Below are positions 21,523-33,073 of a stretch of DNA of 64,000 nucleotides, one piece after another; the first letter of the stretch is position 1; every line of letters starts with the position of its first letter. The translations under genes were made by a program, and so were the position numbers. The notes beneath the pieces are model-generated. The model made no database searches, was not told the origin of the DNA, and saw nothing but the letters and a program-made list of their open reading frames with translations. Source of the DNA: Anaeromyxobacteraceae bacterium (GTDB lineage: Bacteria; Myxococcota; Myxococcia; Myxococcales; Anaeromyxobacteraceae). The stretch spans positions 192,001-256,000 of the forward strand of contig JAULAX010000010.1 of NCBI GenBank assembly GCA_032654565.1. Direction: 5' to 3'.

Positions 21523-22580
21523 CCGCGCCGCTCCCCTCGGGCCGGCTGCGGCTGCTGCTGGTGGACGACTCGATGCTCAGCCTCGGCGAGCTGCAGCGGG
21601 TGATGGAGAGCTCCAGCGACTTCGAGGTGGTCGGCCACGCCCGCGACGGCGAGCAGGCCCTCCGCGAGGTGATGACGCTGCGCCCCGACGCCATCGTCCT
21701 CGACCTGCAGATGCCGCGCATGGACGGGTACACCTTCCTGCGGCTGCTGATGGCGCGGCGGCCCACCCCGGTGATCGTCCTCTCCTCCAACTCGCGGCGC
21801 TCCGACGTCTTCAAGACCCTGGAGCTGGGCGCCCTCGACTTCGTGGCCAAGCCGGAGCGGGGCGGCCTGGAGTCGGTCCGCGAGGAGCTGCTGGCCAAGT
21901 GCGGCGTGATCCGGGCGCTGCGGATCGAGAACCTCGCCGCCCGGGCCCGGCCCGAGCAGGAGCCGGCCGCCCCGCGGCCGCCGGTGGCGCCGACGCGCCT
22001 GGTGGTGATCGGGGCCTCGACCGGCGGGCCCCAGGCGCTGCAGGAGCTGCTGGGGGCGCTGCCTGGCGACCTGCCCCTCGGCATCCTGGTGGCGCAGCAC
22101 ATGCCGGAGACCTTCACCCGGGCCTTCGCCGACCGGCTGGGCCGATCCTCGGCCTTCACCGTGGCCGAGGCGGCCGAGGGCGACCTGGTGGCGGCCGGCC
22201 GGGTGCTGATCGCGCCGGGCGGTCACCACCTGGAGCTGCGCCGGGAGCGGGGCAGCGGCGAGCTGCGGGTGGCGCTGGCGCCGCCCGAGGCCGGGGGCTA
22301 CTCGGCGCGCTACTGCCCCAGCGTCGATCGGCTCTTCACCTCGGCGGCCCTGGCCATGCCGCGGCGGCTCTGCGCCGTGGTGCTGACCGGGATGGGAAAC
22401 GACGGCGCCGCCGGCGTCCGGGCGGTCAAGGCGGCCGGCGGGCTGACGCTGGCCGAGTCGGAGCTGACCGCGGTGATCTACGGGATGCCGCGGGCGGCGG
22501 TGGCCACGGGGAGCGTGGACCAGTCGCTCGGGTTGTCGGAGATGGCGGGGAGGCTGGCGGCGTTCGCGCGGGAAGGGTGA
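21519..22580 (+). CDS. cheB: CheB methylesterase (REC + esterase)
   Basis: VDDS, LDLQMPRMDG, GASTGG, QHM, PSVD.LF, LTGMGNDG, YGMP. Confidence 0.95.
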   Translation: MTAPLPSGRLRLLLVDDSMLSLGELQRVMESSSDFEVVGHARDGEQALREVMTLRPDAIVLDLQMPRMDGYTFLRLLMARRPTPVIVLSSNSRRSDVFKTLELGALDFVAKPERGGLESVREELLAKCGVIRALRIENLAARARPEQEPAAPRPPVAPTRLVVIGASTGGPQALQELLGALPGDLPLGILVAQHMPETFTRAFADRLGRSSAFTVAEAAEGDLVAAGRVLIAPGGHHLELRRERGSGELRVALAPPEAGGYSARYCPSVDRLFTSAALAMPRRLCAVVLTGMGNDGAAGVRAVKAAGGLTLAESELTAVIYGMPRAAVATGSVDQSLGLSEMAGRLAAFAREG

Positions 22581-22587
22581 GGACTTC

Positions 22588-23892
22588 CTAGGGCGAGATC
22601 CGCTCCATCATCCGCGCGAAGGGGATGGTCTCCCGGACGTGGTGCAGGCCGCAGACCCAGGCCACGCACCGCTCCACGCCCATGCCGAAGCCGGCGTGCG
22701 GGACGGTGCCGTAGCGGCGCAGGTCGAGGTACCACTCGAAGGCCTCCTTGGGCAGGCCGTGGGCGGCGATGGCCGCCTCCAGCGTCGCCAGGTCCTCCTC
22801 GCGCTGGCCTCCGCCGATGATCTCGCCGTACCCCTCCGGCGCCAGCACGTCGCAGCCGAGCGCCACCGTGGGGTCATGGGGGTCCTTCTTGAAGTAGAAG
22901 GCCTTCATGGCGGCCGGGTAGCGGTGGACCATCACCGGACGGTCGTAGGCGCTGGCCAGCACCGTCTCCTCGTCGCCGCCGATGTCGTCGCCCCAGGTCA
23001 TGGGGTGGCCGGCCTTCTGCAGCACCTCGACCGCCTCGGTGTAGGTGATGCGCGGGAAGGGGGGCTTGACGTTCTTCAGCTTCGACACGTCCCGCTCCAG
23101 GATGGTGGCCAGCTCCTGCTCGTGCTTGGCCAGCACCTTCTCCACCACCGAGGAGACGAACTGCTCCATCAGCTCCATGTCCCCTTCCAGGTCCATGAAG
23201 GCCACCTCCGGCTCCACCATCCAGAACTCGGTGAGGTGGCGCCGGGTCTTCGACTTCTCGGCGCGGAAGGTGGGGCCGAAGCAGTAGACCTTGCCGAGCG
23301 CCATGGCGCCGGCCTCCATGTAGAGCTGCCCCGACTGCGTCAGGTAGGCCTTGCCGAGGTCGAAGTAGGGGACCTCGAAGAGGCTGCTGGTCCCCTCGCA
23401 GGCCGCCGGCGTGAAGATGGGGGCGTCCACCAGCGTGAAGCCCCGCTCGTCGAAGAAGTCGCGGATGGCCTTGACCACCGTGGCCCGCACCCGCAGCACC
23501 ACGGTCTGCCGCTGCGAGCGGAGCCAGAGGTGGCGCTGCTCCATGAGGAAGGCGACGCCGTGCTCCTTGTGGCCGAGCGGGAACTCCTGCGACGGCTTGG
23601 CGAACACCGTCAGGTCGCGGACGTCGAGCTCGTAGCCGAGGGGCGAGCGCTCGTCCTTCTTCACCAGGCCGCGGACCGAGATGGAGGTCTCCTGCGGCAG
23701 GTGGTCGGCCTCGAAGAAGACCTCCGGGGTGACGTTCCCCTTGAAGACCACGCACTGGATGATCCCGGTGCCGTCGCGCAGCTTGAGGAAGTGGAGCTTC
23801 CCCTTGGAGGCGCGGTGGTGGAGCCAGCCGTGGAGGGTGACCTCCTGGCCTTCGTGCGTGGCGATGTCGGCGACGTGGACGGGGGGGAACAT
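22588..23892 (-). CDS. asnS: asparagine--tRNA ligase
   Basis: [74 protein letters not shown]. Confidence 0.96.
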   Translation of the reverse strand: MFPPVHVADIATHEGQEVTLHGWLHHRASKGKLHFLKLRDGTGIIQCVVFKGNVTPEVFFEADHLPQETSISVRGLVKKDERSPLGYELDVRDLTVFAKPSQEFPLGHKEHGVAFLMEQRHLWLRSQRQTVVLRVRATVVKAIRDFFDERGFTLVDAPIFTPAACEGTSSLFEVPYFDLGKAYLTQSGQLYMEAGAMALGKVYCFGPTFRAEKSKTRRHLTEFWMVEPEVAFMDLEGDMELMEQFVSSVVEKVLAKHEQELATILERDVSKLKNVKPPFPRITYTEAVEVLQKAGHPMTWGDDIGGDEETVLASAYDRPVMVHRYPAAMKAFYFKKDPHDPTVALGCDVLAPEGYGEIIGGGQREEDLATLEAAIAAHGLPKEAFEWYLDLRRYGTVPHAGFGMGVERCVAWVCGLHHVRETIPFARMMERISP

Positions 23893-23962
23893 GGGGGCGG
23901 ACCATACCGCGCGGCGACGGTGCGGAAAAGCGCCCGGTTCTCGGCTACAATCCGCCCCCCTT

Positions 23963-26464
23963 ATGAGCATGAACGAGCGCTACGAACCGCAGTCGATCGA
24001 GTCCCGCTGGCAGGAGCGGTGGGCCGCCGCCGGGGTCTTCAAGGCCGGCCGCCGTCCCCAGGCCGAGCCCCGCTACGTCCTGGAGATGTTCCCGTACCCG
24101 TCGGGCGCCATGCACATGGGCCACGCCCGGGTCTACACCATCGGCGACGCCCTGGCCCGCTGGCTGCGCATGCGCGGCCACGACGTGCTTCACCCCATCG
24201 GCTTCGACGCCCTGGGGCTGCCGGCCGAGAACGCCGCCATCAAGGACGGCCGCCACCCGGCCGAGCGGACCGCCGAGAACATCGTCAGCTTCCGCGCCGA
24301 GATGAAGCGGCTCGGCTACGCCTTCGACTGGGACCGCGAGGTGGTCACCGCCGACCCCTCCTACTACCGCTGGAACCAGTGGTTCTTCCTGAAGATGCTG
24401 GAGAAGGGGATCGTCTACCGCCGCCAGGGCAAGGCCAACTGGTGCACCGGCTGCATGACGGTGATCGCCAACGAGCAGGTGGTGGACGACAACCTCTGCG
24501 AGCGCTGCAGCTCGCCGGTGGTGGAGAAGGTGATCGGCGAGTGGGCCTTCCGCATCACCGCCTACGCCGAGCGGCTGCTGGAGGGGCTGGACACGCTCAC
24601 CGCGTGGCCGGAGCGGATCACCACCATGCAGCGAAACTGGATCGGCAAGTCGACCGGGGCCGAGATCGACTTCGCGGTGCAGGGGGGCGCCGAGAAGATC
24701 AAGGTCTTCACCACCCGGGTCGACACCATCTTCGGCTGCACCTACGTGGTGCTGGCGCCGGAGCACCCGCTCACCGTGGCGGTGACCCGGCCGGAGCGGC
24801 GGGCCGAGGTCGAGGCCTTCGTGGCCCGGATGCGGAAGACCGAGGCGGCCGAGCGGACCGGGGAGGGGGCGCCCAAGGAGGGCGTCTTCACCGGCGCCTT
24901 CGCCGTCAACCCGTTCAACGGCGAGGCGGTGCCGGTCTGGATCGCCAACTTCGTCCTCGCCGAGTACGGCACCGGCGCGGTGATGAGCGTCCCGGCCCAC
25001 GACCAGCGCGACTTCGAGTTCGCCCGGAAGTACGCCCTCCCCATCCGCACCGTGATCCAGCCGGTCGCCGGGGAGCGGACCCCGACCGGTGACGGGCTGG
25101 CCGCCGCCACCACCGGGGACGGCGTCACCGAGGGCTCCGGGGCCTTCTCCGGCCTCCCCTCGGCCGTGGCCCGCGAGCGGATGGGCGCCCGGGCGGCCGC
25201 CGACGGGTTCGGCGGGCCGACGGTCCGCTGGCACCTGCGCGACTGGGGCTTCTCCCGCCAGCGCTACTGGGGGACGCCCATCCCCATCGTCTACTGCGAC
25301 ACCCACGGCGCGGTGGGGGTCCCGCTCGACCAGCTGCCGCTGAAGCTGCCGCCCCAGGCCATCATCACCGGCACCGGCGAGCCGCCGCTGGCCAAGGTCC
25401 CGGAGTTCGTCAACACCACCTGCCCCACCTGCGGGGGGCCGGCTCGGCGCGAGACCGAGACCATGGACACCTTCGTCGACTCGGCCTGGTACTACGCCCG
25501 CTACCTCTCGCCCCGCGACGAGACCCAGCCCTTCGATCCGGCCGCGGCGCGCCGCTGGCTGCCGGTCGACGTCTACGTCGGCGGCCCCGAGCACGCCGTC
25601 ATGCACCTGCTCTACTTCCGGTTCTGGCACCGGGTGATGCACGAGCTGGGGCTCACCGCCGAGCCGGAGCCCTGCAAGCGGCTGGTCACCCAGGGGATCG
25701 TCAACGGCCCCGACGGGCGCAAGATGTCGAAGCGCTGGAACAACGTGGTGGCGCCCGGCTACATGATGGACCGGTTCGGCGCCGACACGGTGCGGCTCTT
25801 CATGCTCTTCGCGGCCCCGCCGGAGAAGGACATCGACTGGTCGGACGAGCAGGTCGACGGCCTGTTCCGCTTCCTCACCCGGATCTGGCGCCTCTTCCAC
25901 GCGCGGCAGGGCTGCTTCGCCGCGCCCGCGGCGGCGGCGGCCCAGGCCACCGGCCCCTTCCTCGAGCTCCGCCGGCGCACCCACCGGACCATCAAGAAGG
26001 TCACCGAGGGGATGCAGGAGGACCTGAAGTTCAACACCGCCATCGCCGCGCTCATGGAGCTGATGAACGAGCTGCAGGGGCTGGAGCCGAAGACCGAGGC
26101 GGAGCAGGCGGCGGTGCGCGAGGGGCTGGTGGCCATGGCCACGCTGCTGGCGCCCTTCGCTCCCCACGTGGCCGAGGAGCTCTGGCACGAGGTCCTGGGG
26201 GCGCCGGCCCGGGACCGGCTGCTGGCCGAGGAGCCCTGGCCGGGCTTCGACGAGGCGCTCATCGTCTCCGACACCGTCACCATCGCCGTCCAGGTGAACG
26301 GCAAGCTGCGCGGCGAGGTGCAGGTGCCGGCCGCCGCCGGCGAGGCCGAGGTGCGGGCCGCCGCCGAGGGGCAGGAGAAGGTGCAGGGCTACCTGGCCGG
26401 CAAGCCGGTGAAGAAGGTGGTCTACGTCCGCGGCCGGCTCATCAACTACGTGGTGGGGGGGTAG
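23963..26464 (+). CDS. leuS: leucine--tRNA ligase
   Basis: MFPYPSG..HMGH, FTTR.DT (CP1 editing), [38 protein letters not shown]. Confidence 0.98.
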   Translation: MSMNERYEPQSIESRWQERWAAAGVFKAGRRPQAEPRYVLEMFPYPSGAMHMGHARVYTIGDALARWLRMRGHDVLHPIGFDALGLPAENAAIKDGRHPAERTAENIVSFRAEMKRLGYAFDWDREVVTADPSYYRWNQWFFLKMLEKGIVYRRQGKANWCTGCMTVIANEQVVDDNLCERCSSPVVEKVIGEWAFRITAYAERLLEGLDTLTAWPERITTMQRNWIGKSTGAEIDFAVQGGAEKIKVFTTRVDTIFGCTYVVLAPEHPLTVAVTRPERRAEVEAFVARMRKTEAAERTGEGAPKEGVFTGAFAVNPFNGEAVPVWIANFVLAEYGTGAVMSVPAHDQRDFEFARKYALPIRTVIQPVAGERTPTGDGLAAATTGDGVTEGSGAFSGLPSAVARERMGARAAADGFGGPTVRWHLRDWGFSRQRYWGTPIPIVYCDTHGAVGVPLDQLPLKLPPQAIITGTGEPPLAKVPEFVNTTCPTCGGPARRETETMDTFVDSAWYYARYLSPRDETQPFDPAAARRWLPVDVYVGGPEHAVMHLLYFRFWHRVMHELGLTAEPEPCKRLVTQGIVNGPDGRKMSKRWNNVVAPGYMMDRFGADTVRLFMLFAAPPEKDIDWSDEQVDGLFRFLTRIWRLFHARQGCFAAPAAAAAQATGPFLELRRRTHRTIKKVTEGMQEDLKFNTAIAALMELMNELQGLEPKTEAEQAAVREGLVAMATLLAPFAPHVAEELWHEVLGAPARDRLLAEEPWPGFDEALIVSDTVTIAVQVNGKLRGEVQVPAAAGEAEVRAAAEGQEKVQGYLAGKPVKKVVYVRGRLINYVVGG

Positions 26465-26468
26465 GGCG

Positions 26469-26951
26469 GTGGCACGTCGCCGGGGCTGGGGCGGGGCGCT
26501 GCTGGCGGCCACGGCGCTGGCGCTGGGCGGCTGCGGCTACACCGTCTCGGCGGGGCTGAAGCTCCGCGGCGGCGCCGGGCGCGCCGAGGTCCGGGTCTTC
26601 GAGAACCACTCCACCGATCCCTCGGTGGGGGTGGAGGTGACCTCGGCGCTGCGCGAGGCGCTGGCGCGGCGGGGCGCGGTCGGCGACGGCGCCGGGGCGG
26701 TCATCGACGGGGAGGTGCTCACCGAGAGCGTGGCCCCCTCGTTCGGCAGCGGCGCCACCATGCGGGTGTCCCTGGTGGTCCGGGCCCGGCTGCTGGTCGA
26801 CGGCGTGCTGGTGGTGGAGCGCCAGGCCCGGCGCGAGGCCGACTACCTGGCCGGGGCCGATGCGCTGGAGGGCGAGGCGAGGCGCGCCCAGGCGCTGCGG
26901 CGGCTCGCCGGAGAGGCGGCCCGCGACGTCCTGAGCGCGTTCCTGGAGTAG
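26469..26951 (+). CDS. lptE: LptE-like lipoprotein
   Basis: Signal peptide with lipobox LGGC followed by GY. Lies immediately after leuS. Confidence 0.65.
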   Translation: MARRRGWGGALLAATALALGGCGYTVSAGLKLRGGAGRAEVRVFENHSTDPSVGVEVTSALREALARRGAVGDGAGAVIDGEVLTESVAPSFGSGATMRVSLVVRARLLVDGVLVVERQARREADYLAGADALEGEARRAQALRRLAGEAARDVLSAFLE

Positions 26952-26978
26952 GCGGCGCCGGGCGGCGCGCCCACCGGG

Positions 26979-27248
26979 CTACTTCTTGGAGGCCTTCGCC
27001 AGGGCGTGCGCCAGGCGGGAGATCTTCCGGGAGGCGGCGTTCTTGTGGACCACGCCCTTCGACCCGCCCTTGGCGATGGTCCGCTCCGCGACCTTGAGGG
27101 CCACGGCGGCGCCGGTGGTGTCGCCCTTCTCCAGGGCCTCGCGCACCTTCTTGACGGCGCTCTTCACGCCGGTGCGGACCTGGACGTTGCGGGTGCGGCG
27201 CTTCTGCGCCTGACGGTTGCGCTTCTGGGCCGAGACGGTGTTCGCCAA
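26979..27248 (-). CDS. rpsT: 30S ribosomal protein S20
   Basis: MAN..SA.KR.RQ..KRR.RN, KGVVHKNAASRKISRL. TTG start with GGAGAG RBS. Confidence 0.97.
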   Translation of the reverse strand: MANTVSAQKRNRQAQKRRTRNVQVRTGVKSAVKKVREALEKGDTTGAAVALKVAERTIAKGGSKGVVHKNAASRKISRLAHALAKASKK

Positions 27249-27279
27249 AGCAGACTCTCCCTGCGAGTTGAGGGCGCGC

Positions 27280-27308
27280 TATGTACCGCCCGCGCCTTGG
27301 AGAGTCAA
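27280..27308 (-). promoter_or_regulatory. putative sigma70 promoter of rpsT
   Basis: Minus strand TTGACT, 17 bp, TACATA. The -10 element is imperfect. Confidence 0.45.
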
Positions 27309-27567
27309 GGGGTTGCGTCGTGGCCGGGCCGGCGGCGCGCCGGAAGGCCGGGCGGGAAGGGTGCCGGGGGCCCGTCGTGGGATCAATGGGCATGGCGCGC
27401 GGGCCTTAGAGCCACAAGGCCGCGCTCGCCAGTTGAGCGCCGCAGCCTTGCGACACAACGGCCAGCCAGCGAGCCGATCGGCCCGGCTTAGCGGCGCAAT
27501 GGAAGCCCGCGCGGGTGCTGCGCGCTCCCGCGCCGCACCTGCGGAAGATCGCCACTGAACCGGAGAG

Positions 27568-27576
27568 TTATCCACC
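27568..27576 (+). promoter_or_regulatory. DnaA-box-like 9-mer
   Basis: TTATCCACC, 1 mismatch to TTATCCACA. Lies in a GAGTTATCCAC context that recurs at 27745. Confidence 0.4.
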
Positions 27577-27747
27577 GCTGGCCATCCGCCGGGCCCTCGG
27601 AGCGCAGGAATGCACCGAAGGTGTGTCGAAGGGTGGAGATACCGCCACCTATCTGCATGGAATCATGGAGCAAAACGGCGTGACTATATGTTCCCGGGGG
27701 GTGCCGGTTCGGCGACATTGGCCCGCTGCGGCGAGGTCCGCCGGGAG

Positions 27748-27756
27748 TTATCCACG
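27748..27756 (+). promoter_or_regulatory. DnaA-box-like 9-mer overlapping the mazG stop codon
   Basis: TTATCCACG, 1 mismatch to TTATCCACA. Confidence 0.4.
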
Positions 27757-28605
27757 TTCTTTCCCCAATGGCGCCGCCCCGCGCCCCGGCTGGGTATGGG
27801 CTGACGATTTCGCTTGATCCTCCAGCCCCTTCGCCTCGTCCCAGAGCAGGTCCATCTCCGCCAGGGTGGCGGTGCCCGGGGCCGCGCCGCGCCGGGCCAG
27901 CTCCGCCTCGACGTGCGTGAAGCGGGAGATGAACCGCCCCACGGTGCCGCGCAGCGCCTCCTCGGGAGCGATCCCCAGCTTGCGGGCCAGGTTGGCCAGG
28001 GCGAAGAGGGTGTCACCCAGCTCGCGCTCGATCTCGGCCCGCCGCCCCGAGGCGATGGCCTCGTCGAGCTCCCCCAGCTCCTCGGTCACCTTGGCCCGGG
28101 CGCCGCTGGCGTCGGGCCAGTCGAAGCCGACCCGGCTGGCCTTCTCGGTGAGCCGGTCGGCCCGCGCCAGGGCCGGGAGCTCGCGCGGGACCCCCTCCAG
28201 CGCGCTCAGGCCGCCGCCCTTCTTCCGCTTCTCCTCCCGCTTCAACGCCGCCCACTGCGTCAGCACCTCGGCGGCGTCCTTGACCTGGCCGTCGCCGAAG
28301 ACGTGGGGGTGGCGGGAGACCAGCTTGTCGGAGATGGCGTCGGCGACGTCGGCGAAGGCGAAGGCTCCGGCCTCCTCGCGCAGCCGGGCCTGGAAGACGA
28401 TCTGCAGCAGCAGGTCCCCCAGCTCCTCGCGGTGGGCGGCGGCGTCGCCGGAGTCGATGGCCTCCAGCACCTCGTAGGTCTCCTCGAGGACGTAGGGGCG
28501 GAGGGTCTCCAGGGTCTGCTCCAGGTCCCAGGGGCAGCCGCCGGGCGAGCGGAGGCGGGCCATGATGGCGAGGAGGCGCTCGATGGCTTCGGAGGGGCGT
28601 GACAT
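27748..28605 (-). CDS. mazG: nucleoside triphosphate pyrophosphohydrolase MazG
   Basis: LRSPGGCPWD..QT, EETYEV, EELGDLLLQIVF, RHPHVF, second domain GFDW...EELGE...ELGD.LF. Confidence 0.96.
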   Translation of the reverse strand: MSRPSEAIERLLAIMARLRSPGGCPWDLEQTLETLRPYVLEETYEVLEAIDSGDAAAHREELGDLLLQIVFQARLREEAGAFAFADVADAISDKLVSRHPHVFGDGQVKDAAEVLTQWAALKREEKRKKGGGLSALEGVPRELPALARADRLTEKASRVGFDWPDASGARAKVTEELGELDEAIASGRRAEIERELGDTLFALANLARKLGIAPEEALRGTVGRFISRFTHVEAELARRGAAPGTATLAEMDLLWDEAKGLEDQAKSSAHTQPGRGAAPLGKERG

Positions 28606-28652
28606 TGGACGTGTTTAGCCCAGGGGAGGGCGTGCTAGCATCCCTTCCTCGC

Positions 28653-30797
28653 GTGCCGACCCGGAAGACGCTCCTCGCCATCGCCGTCCTCGCGCTCCTC
28701 CCTTCGCTGGCGCGGGCGCAGGTCTCGTCGCCCGCCCCGGTGGACGACGAGCGGGAGGCGCCGCTCCCCGACGAGCCGTCGCCGCTGCGCAAGGCCAGGA
28801 GGGAGCCGCCGGGCCAGGCCGCCGACGGCGCCACCGAGCCGGGCCGGCCGGTCCCGCCAGGGGCCGGCAAGGTCGGCGAACCCGTCCCCGAGCCTCCGGC
28901 GCCGGATCCTTCGGCGGCCAACGCCCCGGACAGCCTGCCGGCGCCACAGCAGCCCCGGCCCCCGGAGCCGGCGCCGCTCCCGGCCGCCCGGCCCATCCTC
29001 CCGGTCGCCACCAGCCCCCAGGTCCTCTTCGAGCGGTGGGCGGAGCGCCGGACCGCCCTGCGCGAGCAGGACCCGGCCCGGGCGGCGGCGGCGGCGGCGG
29101 CGGTGCTGGCCGCCCGGCGTGAGCTGGCCATCGAGAACCTGGTCCCCTTCGCCTTCAGCGAGGTGCGCAACGCCAACCGGTCGCTGGAGGCGGGGGTGCT
29201 GGCCGATGCCCTGGCCCACGCCGAGCTGGCCGTCCAGCTGGCCCCGGAGCTGGCCGACGCCCACGCCGCGCTGGCCCGGGTCCGCTTCGCCCGGGCGCCG
29301 GGCGAGCCGGGGGCGGTGCTGGCGGCGCTCGGTGACGCGGCCCGGGCCGCCTTCGGTGAGCCGCACACCCGGCGGGCCTTCCTCGCCGACCTGGTGGCGG
29401 CGCTGTTCGCGGCGGTGCTGGCGGCCGCGGCGGCGGCGCTGGCGGTGCTGCTGCTCCGCTCGCTCCGGCTCTTCCTCCACGACTTCCACCACCTGCCGCT
29501 GCTGCGCGGCTCGGCGAGCATCCAGGCCGGCTTCCTCGGCCTGGTGCTGCTGGCGACGCCGGTGGCCTTCGGCCTCGGGCCGCTGGCCTTCATCGCCGTG
29601 GCCCTGGTGGCGGCCTGGCTCTACCTCTCGGTGTCCGAGCGGCTGGCCATGACGGTGGCGCTGCTGGTGGTCGCCGCCATCCCATGGGCGGGGCAGGAGG
29701 CGGCCCGCTCCATCGCCTGGACCGGCACGCTGGCCGAGTCGGTCCACGAGCTCGAGCACGGCGCCCCCGGCGACGCCGAGGTGGCGGCGCTGACCGCCCT
29801 CGCCGCCCAGGGCGGCGCCCCGTCGCCGCTGGCCGCGGCCCTGGGCCGCCACGCCAAGCGGCTGGGCGACCTGCCGGCCGCGGCGCGCTGGTACGCCGAG
29901 GCCCTGCGGATCGATCCGCGGGCGGCCGAGGTGGAGGTGAACCTGGGAAACGTCCTCTTCCTGCAGGGTGACCTGGCCGGGGCCAAGGCCTCCTACCTGG
30001 CCGCGGTGGACCATTCGGCGGGGGACCGGACCATCCAGGCGGCGGCCCACTACGACCTCTCCAAGCTCTACCTGCGGTCGTCGGACATCGAGCGCTCCAG
30101 CGCCGCCCGGGACCGGGCCGAGCAGGAGGACGGCCCCTACCTGCGCCGCTTCGGGGCCGACGACGACTTCTCCGCCAACCGGTACCTGGTGGACGTGCCG
30201 GTGCCGGCGGCCAAGGTGCTGGCGCTGGCCGGCGTGGACGGCATGCCCGAGGCGGTCCGCGACGAGCTCCGGCACCGGCTGGCCGGGGCCCTGCCGCCCT
30301 GGACCTGGCCCTGGGTGCCGCTGGGGCTGGCGGCCCTGCTCTGGGGGCTGGCGCTGCTCCAGGCCCGGCTCGATCCGTCCCACCCCTGCCAGAAGTGCGG
30401 CCGCCCGGCCTGCCGCCGCTGCGACGCCGGCAGCGGCCCGCTCTGCGGCCAGTGCGTCAACGTCTACGTGAAGAAGGGCGTGGTCGACGCCCGGGACCGG
30501 CTGCGCAAGGACGCCGAGGTGAAGCGTCACGGGCAGGTCCAGCTGCTGCTGGCGCGGGCCCTGGCGCTGCTCAGCGGCGGCGGCGGCCACCTCTACGGGG
30601 GGCAGCCGTGGCTGGGGCTGGTGCTCCTGACCGCGCTGCTCTTCTTCGCCTTCCTCACCTGGTTCTGGCGCGGCCTGATGCCGCCGCCGCTCCCCACCCC
30701 CTACCTGCTGGTCGGCAAGCTGGTCACCATCCTCCCGGCGGCGCTGGTCATCTACCTGGTCGCGGTGCGCGACCTCTTCCGCCGCACCCGGCCCTAG
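28653..30797 (+). CDS. multi-pass membrane protein with TPR repeats and a Cys-rich (Zn-finger-like) motif
   Basis: Signal peptide, TPR-like VNLGNVLFLQGD, several hydrophobic helices, CQKCGRPACRRC...LCGQC. Start uncertain (28599-28653). Confidence 0.75.
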   Translation: MPTRKTLLAIAVLALLPSLARAQVSSPAPVDDEREAPLPDEPSPLRKARREPPGQAADGATEPGRPVPPGAGKVGEPVPEPPAPDPSAANAPDSLPAPQQPRPPEPAPLPAARPILPVATSPQVLFERWAERRTALREQDPARAAAAAAAVLAARRELAIENLVPFAFSEVRNANRSLEAGVLADALAHAELAVQLAPELADAHAALARVRFARAPGEPGAVLAALGDAARAAFGEPHTRRAFLADLVAALFAAVLAAAAAALAVLLLRSLRLFLHDFHHLPLLRGSASIQAGFLGLVLLATPVAFGLGPLAFIAVALVAAWLYLSVSERLAMTVALLVVAAIPWAGQEAARSIAWTGTLAESVHELEHGAPGDAEVAALTALAAQGGAPSPLAAALGRHAKRLGDLPAAARWYAEALRIDPRAAEVEVNLGNVLFLQGDLAGAKASYLAAVDHSAGDRTIQAAAHYDLSKLYLRSSDIERSSAARDRAEQEDGPYLRRFGADDDFSANRYLVDVPVPAAKVLALAGVDGMPEAVRDELRHRLAGALPPWTWPWVPLGLAALLWGLALLQARLDPSHPCQKCGRPACRRCDAGSGPLCGQCVNVYVKKGVVDARDRLRKDAEVKRHGQVQLLLARALALLSGGGGHLYGGQPWLGLVLLTALLFFAFLTWFWRGLMPPPLPTPYLLVGKLVTILPAALVIYLVAVRDLFRRTRP

Positions 30798-30806
30798 GAG
30801 CGACGC

Positions 30807-32014
30807 GTGGCGCTGAAGGGGACGCTCAAGGACTTCGGGATCGCAGAGATCCTCCAGCTCATCGGCCAGCAGGCCAAGAGCGGGGTGCTGCACCTGGAGT
30901 CGCGCGACGACGTCATCCACATCGCCATCGCCGACGGCAACGTGGTCCGCGCCGAGTCGGCGGGGCGCAAGGCGCGGGAGAAGCTCGGCATGCTGCTGGT
31001 GCGGGCCGACGTCATCACCCAGCGCCAGCTCGACGCCGCCCTCGATCTCCAGCAGCGGACGCTGCGGCGGCTCGGCGACATCCTCGTCGAGCTGGAGTAC
31101 GTCAGCGTGGCGCGGCTGCGGGAGATGACGGCGCTGCAGACCACCGAGACGGTCTACAAGCTCTTCCACTGGAAGAGCGGGACCTACGCCTTCGAGCCCG
31201 GCGACGTGGAGTGGGACCCGGAGACGGTGACCCCGGTCCGCGCCGAGTCGGTGCTGATGGAGGGGTTCCGGCAGGTCGACGAGTGGCCGCTGGTACGCAA
31301 GCGGATCACCTCGCGGGAGATGACCTTCTCGCGGATCCGGACCCCCGAGCCGGAGCGGGTCCGCAAGGGGTCGGTGGAGCAGGACGTCGACGCCGCCTTC
31401 GACGCGCTCGGCGACGGGCTCTCGCCCGAGGAGGAGGGGGAGGGGACCGACCAGTCCGAGGTGGCGCTGGGGCGCTCCGAGCGGCGGGCCTTCGAGCTGG
31501 CGGTGCCCGGCCGGACCGTCGACCGCATCGTCGATCTCTCCAGGCTGGGCGAGTTCGAGACCTGCAAGGCGCTGCAGAACCTGCTCAACCTCGGCTACCT
31601 GCGCGCCGAGGCCCCGACCCGGGCGCGGGGAGGCACGGTCGGCGCCTATGCCCGCGACCTGCGGCACCGCGGCCGGACCTGGGTGGTGCGCGGGGTGACC
31701 ACCGGCGCCCTGGCGGTGGCGCTGGCGGCGCTGGCCTTCTGGGTGGACCAGCGCGGCCTCGACGCCGGGGCGGGGGGGAGCGCCGTGGCCCTGGGCGACA
31801 ACCTGGCCCCGCGCACCCTGGCGCGCTACCAGCTGGCCAGGCTGCGCGGGGCGCTCGACGTCTACCGGGTGGAGCGGGGCGAGTATCCGGCCCGGCTCGA
31901 GGAGCTGATCGACGCCGGGCTGGTGGGGGCGCGCGACCTGCGCCACCCGTGGAGCCAGCCCTACCACTACCGGCGCCAGCCGGAGGGCGGCTTCGTGCTG
32001 CTCTCGCCCGTGGA

Positions 32015-32018
<4 letters not shown>
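30807..32018 (+). CDS. DUF4388-domain membrane protein with C-terminal GspG-like segment
   Basis: MALKGTLKDFGIAEILQLIG...SGVL, LF.WKSG.Y.F, LMEG.RQVDEW, one TM helix, then LDVY....G.YP..L..L...DLRHPW..PYHY. Confidence 0.78.
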
Positions 32019-32995
<977 letters not shown>

Positions 32996-33073
32996 TATCG
33001 CCCCCGTCTCCCGCCCGGAGAGCACCGGTCGAGGCCGTTGCCAAGGCCGGGCGATGGGTGCAGGCTCCCCCCC

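Noticed and set aside
27310..27760. oriC or dif site
   Set aside because: Only two near-consensus DnaA boxes, no dnaA/dnaN/gidA context, and no XerC/XerD-arm 28-mer recognisable.
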